37,975 bases of DNA from Patescibacteria group bacterium (lineage in GTDB: Bacteria; Patescibacteriota; Minisyncoccia; Minisyncoccales; MHMH01), in contig JBBTYF010000040.1 in NCBI GenBank assembly GCA_038061935.1, positions 1-37,975 of the forward strand, given 5' to 3'. The position numbers were made by a program, and so were the translations under genes. Under the pieces are notes generated by a model. That model saw only the letters and a list, made by a program, of their open reading frames with translations, was not told where the DNA came from and made no database searches. Shown piece after piece: positions 18,802-25,823 of this stretch. Positions within the stretch are counted from its first letter, which is position 1; each line of letters starts with the position of its first letter.

Positions 18802-20083
18802 TTAAACATTCAGTTAATTTGTCTATTTTTACTCTTTCTTGTTTTGCAGTGTCGCGATTGCGGATAGTGACATCTCCCTTCTCCAAACTATCGAAATCTA
18901 CCGTAATGCAGGCCGGCGTGCCAATTTCGTCTTGCGCGAAATAGCGCTTGCCGATATTCCCCCTGTCATCCCAGGCCACCATCATATCTTTGCGCAAATC
19001 ATCGTAAATTTTCCTGGCTAACTTCACGAGTTCGGGCTTGTTCTTCAAAAGTGGAAACACAGCGGCTTTATATGGAGCCAACTTCGACGGAAGTTTCAAG
19101 ACCACTCTTTCGCCGTCTTCATAATAGGCGTCCAAAAGCGTAGCCAAAACCGAACGGTCCAAGCCGAAAGTCGGTTCAATGACGTGCGGTAAAAATTCCT
19201 CGCCCGTTTCCGGATCGCGGTATTTGAGATTTTGCCCTGAATTCTTTTCGTGATTCTTTAAATCAAAATTGGCGCGATAAGCCAAACCGTAAAGTTCTTT
19301 CTGCCCAAAAGGATAATCGTATTCAAAATCAACGGTTCTCTTTGAATAATGCGCGCGATCTTCTTTTGGAATTTCTATTTCGTGCACTTTTTTCGGGTCG
19401 ATACCCAAGTCTTTCGTTATCCATTCCTTCATTTCCTTCTGCCAATACTCGAACCATTTTTCCCACTCTTTTTCTTCCACGAAATATTCTAATTCCATTA
19501 GGTCGAATTCACGGGTGCGGAAAGTAAAATTGCCCGGCGTAATTTCGTTACGGAAAACCCTGCCTTGCGAAGCAATACCGAAAGGCAGGCGTCTTCTCGT
19601 CGTATCCAGCACCTGTTTGAAATTAACGAACATCGCCTGAGCAATTTCAGGACGAAGATAAACGGTGTTCGCCTGTTCCTCAGCCGGGCCAAGGAAAGTT
19701 TTTAACATCAAGTTAAATTGCTTGGCTTCCGTGAATTGTTTTTTAGCTCCGCATTTCGCACACTGCGCATTAATATCAATACTGTCGGCACGGAAGCGAG
19801 TATGGCATTTTTTACATTCCACTAAAGGGTCGGAAAAGGTAGCCAAATGCCCGCTTGCCTCCCAAACTTTAGGATTCATAATCAAAGAAGCATCTAGACC
19901 GACCATGTCGTCGCGGCTTTGAACGAATCTTTTCCACCAGAGCTGTTTAATGTTATTTTTAAGCTCTATACCTAAGGGACCGTAGTCCCAAGAATTCGCC
20001 AAGCCGCCGTAAATTTCCGAGCCGGGGAAAACAAAACCCCTTCTTTTGGCTAGCGATGTGATTTTTTGCATTAAGTCTTCCAT
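18794..20083 (-). CDS. glyQS: Glycyl-tRNA synthetase (single-chain GlyQS type)
   Basis: The N-terminus LAKRRGFVFPGSEIYGG, class II motifs (FRNEITP, GLDR) and a Cys cluster insertion. Confidence 0.93.
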   Translation of the reverse strand: MEDLMQKITSLAKRRGFVFPGSEIYGGLANSWDYGPLGIELKNNIKQLWWKRFVQSRDDMVGLDASLIMNPKVWEASGHLATFSDPLVECKKCHTRFRADSIDINAQCAKCGAKKQFTEAKQFNLMLKTFLGPAEEQANTVYLRPEIAQAMFVNFKQVLDTTRRRLPFGIASQGRVFRNEITPGNFTFRTREFDLMELEYFVEEKEWEKWFEYWQKEMKEWITKDLGIDPKKVHEIEIPKEDRAHYSKRTVDFEYDYPFGQKELYGLAYRANFDLKNHEKNSGQNLKYRDPETGEEFLPHVIEPTFGLDRSVLATLLDAYYEDGERVVLKLPSKLAPYKAAVFPLLKNKPELVKLARKIYDDLRKDMMVAWDDRGNIGKRYFAQDEIGTPACITVDFDSLEKGDVTIRNRDTAKQERVKIDKLTECLNV

Positions 20084-20088
20084 GGTTT

Positions 20089-21723
20089 TTATTGAGTAAT
20101 ATCGCCCGTATTAATCGCTGGAGTTTCCCCGTTTGCCACTAAACCCGTGAATTCATCTTCGCCTGTAATCTTGGCCGTTCCGACAAGATTGGAATTACCT
20201 CCATATTGAGGATTTAGAGTAATTTGGAACGCAACCGAAGGGGCCTGATCTAAAACGCCTCGGCCGGCCGCCATATCATCCAGCTCCCAAACAACCTCGC
20301 GAGAATTAGAATCAAACGTTAATCTTGAGTCTGTTGGGAAAATACGTCCGGTCAATCTTACACTATTATCAAGAGTTGCCTTAACTCTGACCCCCTTAAC
20401 ATTGTTATAATAATTTTTTGCCTGCCAAATAATCGTGTAAGTAGTCTGCTGACTGGCTTGCGGAGGATTGGGGCCAGAATTACCGAATACTTCATCCGCA
20501 TAGTAGCCTTTCTGAATTATCGCGAGCTTGGAATTAACGTTAGTGGTAAACTCTTTCTGAGCCTGGCCGAGGAATACATTGTCTTTCAAGGTCGGATTTT
20601 TCTGATCGGCATTAGCGATAGCCCAATCATCTTTCAAATCAATCCAGAATTCAACTCTGCCCTCTTCTTGAGCATCCAAAAATTGAAGCTTGGGACTCTT
20701 ACGCCAATCGAAAATAATAGAATTATCACCCGACTGAAAATCACCCAAAGGCGCTTTAATGGTTTGAAAGTCAAATAAGTTACCTTCCAGTTTAACTACT
20801 AGGAACTGATTGCTGAAAGCGTCGTTGCCGATATTTTTGAAAAAAATCTCGTAATGCAGGGTGTCGCCTGCTCTCCCCACATATTGTGAGCTATTATTAA
20901 TCTGCTGGGATATATATAAAGAAGGCGTCACGATCTGCACCGCCCTGATCGTTTCTTTTAAGACGACGAACTCGCCGTCAATCCAGGTGCCCAGTTGCGC
21001 CTTGAATTGTTTTTGTTCGCCAACCTGGCCGCTTAAATTACCGGCGATCTTAATCCTGCCGCCCTCTGCTTTATTTAAAAGGCCGACGTCCCAATCTGTT
21101 TTTTCCAAGGATTTGGGTTTCGAACTTTGGAATTCGAAATCGGACGGATACTCAACTTTAATGCCTAAATTAGCCAACGGATAATCGACGTTGGAAAAAT
21201 AGTTTAATTGAAAATCGATTTCTTTGCCCGCATCAATTTTTGAGGGGAGGTCAAACTCCAACGTCAAAGGAACCGAATTAACTCTGGCGTTATGGGAAGT
21301 TTGCGATTCGTAGCGAGCCTTAAGGTTTTTAGGCTGATAATTCAGCCAAGCTTGGGCCTTTTTTATATCCCCCTCCTTCCCAAGAAGCCTCGTCTTGAAA
21401 CTAAAGGTCTGCTCTTGGCCCGGATAGATGCTTTCCAGAGTAATTTCTTTTCTTAACGACTCTTCTTCGCCAACAAGCGAATAAGCCGGGTACTCAAAAG
21501 TCAGTCTCGGGTCTTCCAGCCTGATATTGCCGTTATTTTTATACCTAACGGTATATTCAATTTCTTGCCCCAGGGCCACCTCCCCTGGAGCTAAAATTTC
21601 CAATTTTAAAATTTCCTTAGAATAGCTATTCTTTTGCCAAGACCAAAAACCAATAAGTCCCGCGACCACGACTAAACCGATGGCAACAAGAATAAACTTA
21701 TTTTTGGAGTATTCTAATTTCAT
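20089..21723 (-). CDS. N-terminally anchored surface protein with four CARDB/DUF11-like beta-sandwich repeats
   Basis: I prefer the ATG at 21723 (MKLEYSKNKFILVAIGLVVV, one TM). A pattern recurs four times: G-x-E/T-I/L-x-Y-x-I/V-x-Y/F-x-N-x-G-N (GQEIEYTVRYKNNGN, GKEIDFQLNYFSN, GDTLHYEIFFKNIGN, TTYTIIWQAKNYYN). Confidence 0.6.
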   Translation of the reverse strand: MKLEYSKNKFILVAIGLVVVAGLIGFWSWQKNSYSKEILKLEILAPGEVALGQEIEYTVRYKNNGNIRLEDPRLTFEYPAYSLVGEEESLRKEITLESIYPGQEQTFSFKTRLLGKEGDIKKAQAWLNYQPKNLKARYESQTSHNARVNSVPLTLEFDLPSKIDAGKEIDFQLNYFSNVDYPLANLGIKVEYPSDFEFQSSKPKSLEKTDWDVGLLNKAEGGRIKIAGNLSGQVGEQKQFKAQLGTWIDGEFVVLKETIRAVQIVTPSLYISQQINNSSQYVGRAGDTLHYEIFFKNIGNDAFSNQFLVVKLEGNLFDFQTIKAPLGDFQSGDNSIIFDWRKSPKLQFLDAQEEGRVEFWIDLKDDWAIANADQKNPTLKDNVFLGQAQKEFTTNVNSKLAIIQKGYYADEVFGNSGPNPPQASQQTTYTIIWQAKNYYNNVKGVRVKATLDNSVRLTGRIFPTDSRLTFDSNSREVVWELDDMAAGRGVLDQAPSVAFQITLNPQYGGNSNLVGTAKITGEDEFTGLVANGETPAINTGDITQ

Positions 21724-21760
21724 AGTGAACAGAATGTTCAATATATCGGGCTAATGCCCG
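21724..21760 (-). promoter_or_regulatory. Conserved upstream element, copy A (between the recO stop and the surface-protein start)
   Basis: The minus strand reads TAA-CGGGCATTAGCCCG-ATATATTGAACAT-TCTGT-TCACT-ATG. Plus strand 21734-21751 matches 15315-15332 at 17/18 positions. Confidence 0.45.
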
Positions 21761-22393
21761 TTATACGATTATTTTTTCAGTATACCACTCGCTGACGATT
21801 TTTAATAATTTCTGGTGGGAGGGAGTAATTTTCAACCTCGAAAGCATTGACCAGTCTTTTCTCAAAATTACTTTGATGATTTTGACGACGTCGCAGTCTA
21901 TTCTGGTTTTATTAATATTACAATCGTGGAATTCCGGCTTATAACCAAGAATAGAAACGAAATTCCAAAAAAAATAATAATACACCAGTGGCGGGTAGTT
22001 AATTTTAAATTGAGGGTTGTTTAATTTATTAAAGATTTCGCTCAGCAACCGCCAAATCTCATCATCTTTCTCTTCTTTTGAAACAAAATTATCTAAAGCT
22101 TCTATGACTTGATGAATAATTTTAAACCTTCTGAGGTTTTTTTTAATAACGGAGAAATTTTCGATCGGGATAGCGTCGGTTAGAGTTTTGTGAGTCTTGC
22201 CCTGAATAAACTCGATTTCGCTTAGGCAAAAGATTTCGGCTCCACCTTTTAATTTTGACCCGATTTTCCTGATAGCCCTGCCTAAAACCTTAAGTTTACC
22301 GAAATTCTTGGTGTAAATCGTAAATAACCGGCTATCTTCTCCCCGATCGATTTTCTTAATAAAAAAGCCTTGAGTTCTATAATGAACAGCCAT
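21761..22393 (-). CDS. recO: DNA repair protein RecO
   Basis: N-terminal OB-fold pattern (TQGFFIKKIDRGEDSRLFTIYTKNFGKLKVLGRA...) and a length of 210 aa. Confidence 0.75.
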   Translation of the reverse strand: MAVHYRTQGFFIKKIDRGEDSRLFTIYTKNFGKLKVLGRAIRKIGSKLKGGAEIFCLSEIEFIQGKTHKTLTDAIPIENFSVIKKNLRRFKIIHQVIEALDNFVSKEEKDDEIWRLLSEIFNKLNNPQFKINYPPLVYYYFFWNFVSILGYKPEFHDCNINKTRIDCDVVKIIKVILRKDWSMLSRLKITPSHQKLLKIVSEWYTEKIIV

Positions 22394-22408
22394 TATCGTT
22401 TAATATTT

Positions 22409-25400
22409 TTACCTTTCCAAATATAGACATAATTTTTGCTGATCAATTGTTATTTCGCTTGAGGCAATAAACTTTTGAGGAACGACCGCTGTCGATTCAA
22501 AAACCTCTGCTTTGGTTTCTAATAAAATCGCTTTTTTATTTTTAGCTAAAACATCGGCCAGTTCTGAAAAACAGGAATACCAAACCGAAATTTTATCCTG
22601 AGGCTTGAGTCCGGATTTTTTCCTCATATCTTGAATCTGGCGGATAATGTCTCTAACCATACCTTCTTCTTTAAGCTCGGCGGTAATTTCCGTATTTAAC
22701 TTCAGGTCTTTACCAAAACTGATTTTTTTAACATTGATTTCTTCTTTAATCAATTCCAACAACTCTTCGCTGATTTTATCCGTAATCTGCAAGTCTTGAA
22801 GCGGCTGGCGAACTTTAATGCCTGCTTTCGCCCTCTCAGACAAGGCTAGGGTTACAATTTCCCTAACTTTTTCCATTTCCTGTTCCAGCTTCTTATTAAT
22901 TAATTTATTATTCTCCTTCGGCCAATCCGCCAAGTGCACAGATGAAAGAGGTTCGGCCTCTTTCATTTTTCCGTAAATCTCTTCACTTAAAAACGGCACA
23001 AAGGGAGCAGTTAATTTGCTTAAAGTTAATAAGACGTGGGATAAGGTCGGCGCGGCCCCTTCAAAGCGTTTCCTTGACCTTCTGATATACCATAAAGACA
23101 AGTCGTTGACCGTAAAATCTTCAATAGCTCTGGCCGCCGCGGTTATGTCGTACTTATCTAGTTTCTGAGTGGTTTCCCGTATCAATCCGTTCAGTCTGGA
23201 GATAATCCACTTATCTAAGATATTTTTTCCCGCCCGAGGCGGGTCCGCTTTGGGCGGAGAGTTTTGGTAGGTCTGGTAGAAAGTGAAACAATTCCAATAA
23301 ATCATAAGAAACTTTCTCAAGGACTCTCCTAATTCTTTTTCGGAGAACATTTTTACTTCGCCCGGCTGATTGACCGTGTAAAAATACCAGCGGGCGGCGT
23401 CGGCGCCGTATTTCTCGAAAATATCCCAAGGGTTGACCACATTGCCCTTGGATTTGGACATCTTTTCTCCCTTTTCGTCTAAAACATGGCCCAAAGAGAC
23501 AACGTTTTTGTAGGGAATGCCTAAATCCAGAAGAGTGGCTATGGCCAAAAGCGTGTAAAACCAACCTCGCGTCTGATCAATAGCTTCGGAAATATAATCA
23601 GCCGGAAATTGAATCTTTTTACTATCGAAAGGATAGTGGGATTGGGCAAAAGGCATAGAACCCGAATCAAACCAAACATCGATTAAATCGGGCACTCTTT
23701 GCATCACACCTTCGCATTGTGGACACTTAAACTTGGCCCCGTCGATATACGGCCGATGAAAATCCAGCTCCATTTTTTCATTTTTAGGCAATGCATTAAA
23801 TTTAATCTCTCGCCATTCTCCGGTTTTAATTCTAGCTTCTTTGTTTTCTTTTCTACCAGCTAAAATATTTTCCAAGGCGATCCCCTTAAGACTTCCTTCA
23901 AGAATAGAAATGGGCAACTCGTGGGAAACAATCAAAATATTTTTATTCTGGTACTCTTTATCTGTCGCCTCTAAAAAGCCCGCCATTCTTTTCTGAACGT
24001 CCAGTAAGCTTTCTCCTTCCGGTATCTGAGCTTCGATGGGATTTTTCTCTTGATCCAGATGTTCCCAAATCAACTTGGGATTTCCACCGTTAAAAATACC
24101 GACATTTAATTCCCTGATTCTTTCTTCAAAAATTATTTTAGCTCCGGTTTCTTGAACGACGATCTCGGCCGTTTGTTTTGTCCTTAATACATCGGAAGAT
24201 ATAATAAAATCGATATTTTTATTTTTAAGCAGGCGGGCTGTTTTTAAAACCTCTGCTTCGCCTTTTTTAGTTAAGGGATTGTGGACTTTCTCCGGCCAGC
24301 AGCTAGCTAAGTTCTTAGTGTTCATCGGGGCTTCGCCGTGTCTCATGATAAAATATTTATTGTTTGTGAACTTTTGATTCAATAAATCTTCCTTGCTGCC
24401 AATGACTTCTTGATGACGGCATTTTTTACATTGCCAAACCGGCAAGGGCGTGCCCCAATAACGTTCTCGAGAAAAAGCCCAGTCTTTGACTTCCTTCAGC
24501 CATTCGCCGAATCTGCCTTCTTTCAAATGAGCCGGCACCCAATTGATTTTCTCGTTATTCTTAATTAAAGAGTTTTTGACCTTCTGCATATTGATAAACC
24601 AACTCTCTTTGGCGTAATAAAGAAGCGCCGAACCGCACCTCCAGCAGAACGGGTAGTCGTGTTCGTATAATTCTTCTTTAAAAAGTAAACCTCTCTCCTG
24701 TAAATTTTTGATAATCAACGGATCAGCGTCTTTAACAAACATTCCTGCCCAATCGGCTACTTCTTTTTTGAATTTTCCCTCTTCGTCAACGTTTAAAATT
24801 ACGGGCAAGTTGTTTTCTTTACCAACTTGCATATCGTCCTCCCCAAAAGCCGGAGCAATATGGACTAAACCCGTCCCGTCTTCAAGAGAAACGAAATCGG
24901 CCGCGATTACGCGAGGTTCGACCTCCTTGGGAGGTCGAACCTCCCCAAATAGCGATCTGTATTTTATACCCACCAGCTTCTCTCCTTTAAATTCTCTTTC
25001 AGCCACTCCTTGTAAACCAAGGCTATCTAGCCTATCTTTTGATAAAACCAGAAACTCGTCATTAAATTTTACTTTAACATAAGTAATTTTTGGATTTACT
25101 GCGATCGCCACATTAGCTGGAAGTGTCCACGGAGTAGTCGTCCATACTAAGAAATAACTATTTGCCCAAAGTGAATCTGGGCGAGCTGAATCTACGTGTT
25201 TTATTTTAAATTTCACATACACCGAATTGTCCTTAACACTCTTATATCCTTGGGCTACTTCGTGAGAAGACAAACCGGTTCCGCATCTTGGGCAATAAGG
25301 CACAACCTTGTAATCTTCATATAAAAGTCCTTTCTGATAAATCTGCTTTATCGCCCACCAAACGCTTTCAATATAATTATTCTCATAAGTAATGTAAGGA

Positions 25401-25819
25401 TGTTCCATGTCTAGCCAGAAACCGATCCGCTCCGTCAACTTTTCCCACTCATCCTTATATTGCCAGACAGATTCTTTGCATTTCTTATTAAACTCGGCGA
25501 TGCCGAATTTTTCGATGTCTTTTTTATTTTTCAGGCCCAGCTTTTTTTCTACTTCAAGTTCAACCGGCAATCCATGAGTATCCCAGCCCGCTTTTCGCAA
25601 AACGCGAAAACCCCGCATAGTTTTATAGCGGCAAATAATATCCTTATAGGTTCTGGCCAAAACATGGTGAATGCCCGGCTTGCCGTTGGCTGTCGGCGGC
25701 CCTTCGTAAAAAACAAAATCTTTCGCTTTTTTACGATTTAAAATACTTTTCTCGAAAGTCTTATTTTTCTTCCAATCTTCGAGGATTTTTTTCTCTAAGT
25801 TCGGGAAAATTGTCTCCAT
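22409..25819 (-). CDS. ileS: Isoleucyl-tRNA synthetase (type 2) carrying an internal histidine-phosphatase domain
   Basis: PPTANGKPGIHHVLAR (HIGH region), KMSKSKGN and a CP1 editing domain (TTTPWTLPAN). About 200 extra residues (aa ~485-683) lie between the CKKC and CPQC halves of the zinc knuckle. This insert contains RHG...R...E...H phosphatase motifs. Confidence 0.95.
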   Translation of the reverse strand: METIFPNLEKKILEDWKKNKTFEKSILNRKKAKDFVFYEGPPTANGKPGIHHVLARTYKDIICRYKTMRGFRVLRKAGWDTHGLPVELEVEKKLGLKNKKDIEKFGIAEFNKKCKESVWQYKDEWEKLTERIGFWLDMEHPYITYENNYIESVWWAIKQIYQKGLLYEDYKVVPYCPRCGTGLSSHEVAQGYKSVKDNSVYVKFKIKHVDSARPDSLWANSYFLVWTTTPWTLPANVAIAVNPKITYVKVKFNDEFLVLSKDRLDSLGLQGVAEREFKGEKLVGIKYRSLFGEVRPPKEVEPRVIAADFVSLEDGTGLVHIAPAFGEDDMQVGKENNLPVILNVDEEGKFKKEVADWAGMFVKDADPLIIKNLQERGLLFKEELYEHDYPFCWRCGSALLYYAKESWFINMQKVKNSLIKNNEKINWVPAHLKEGRFGEWLKEVKDWAFSRERYWGTPLPVWQCKKCRHQEVIGSKEDLLNQKFTNNKYFIMRHGEAPMNTKNLASCWPEKVHNPLTKKGEAEVLKTARLLKNKNIDFIISSDVLRTKQTAEIVVQETGAKIIFEERIRELNVGIFNGGNPKLIWEHLDQEKNPIEAQIPEGESLLDVQKRMAGFLEATDKEYQNKNILIVSHELPISILEGSLKGIALENILAGRKENKEARIKTGEWREIKFNALPKNEKMELDFHRPYIDGAKFKCPQCEGVMQRVPDLIDVWFDSGSMPFAQSHYPFDSKKIQFPADYISEAIDQTRGWFYTLLAIATLLDLGIPYKNVVSLGHVLDEKGEKMSKSKGNVVNPWDIFEKYGADAARWYFYTVNQPGEVKMFSEKELGESLRKFLMIYWNCFTFYQTYQNSPPKADPPRAGKNILDKWIISRLNGLIRETTQKLDKYDITAAARAIEDFTVNDLSLWYIRRSRKRFEGAAPTLSHVLLTLSKLTAPFVPFLSEEIYGKMKEAEPLSSVHLADWPKENNKLINKKLEQEMEKVREIVTLALSERAKAGIKVRQPLQDLQITDKISEELLELIKEEINVKKISFGKDLKLNTEITAELKEEGMVRDIIRQIQDMRKKSGLKPQDKISVWYSCFSELADVLAKNKKAILLETKAEVFESTAVVPQKFIASSEITIDQQKLCLYLER
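22943..22969 (-). repeat. 27-nt hairpin module, copy 1 (in frame in ileS)
   Basis: TGAAAGAGGTTCGGCCTCTTTCATTTT is identical to 26100-26126. Here it forms a 10-bp stem (22942-22951 / 22957-22966). It encodes KMKEAEPLS. Confidence 0.9.
24913..24943 (-). repeat. 31-nt perfect palindrome in frame in ileS
   Basis: GAGGTTCGACCTCC-TTG-GGAGGTCGAACCTC is a 14-bp perfect stem with a 3-nt loop. Each arm is itself a small palindrome, GAGGT-TCG-ACCTC. It encodes EVRPPKEVEP. Confidence 0.9.
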
Positions 25820-25823
25820 AATT

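Noticed and set aside
23211-23564. 117-aa same-strand overlapping ORF inside ileS (Arg/Gly-rich)
   Set aside because: It is an alternative frame of a strongly conserved IleS segment. Its composition is typical of off-frame translation, and it has no start context.
23771-24367. Intein or intron as the explanation for the IleS insertion
   Set aside because: There is no Cys/Ser/Thr...His-Asn-Cys/Ser/Thr splice-junction pattern and no homing-endonuclease motifs. The insert has clear histidine-phosphatase motifs and is in frame.
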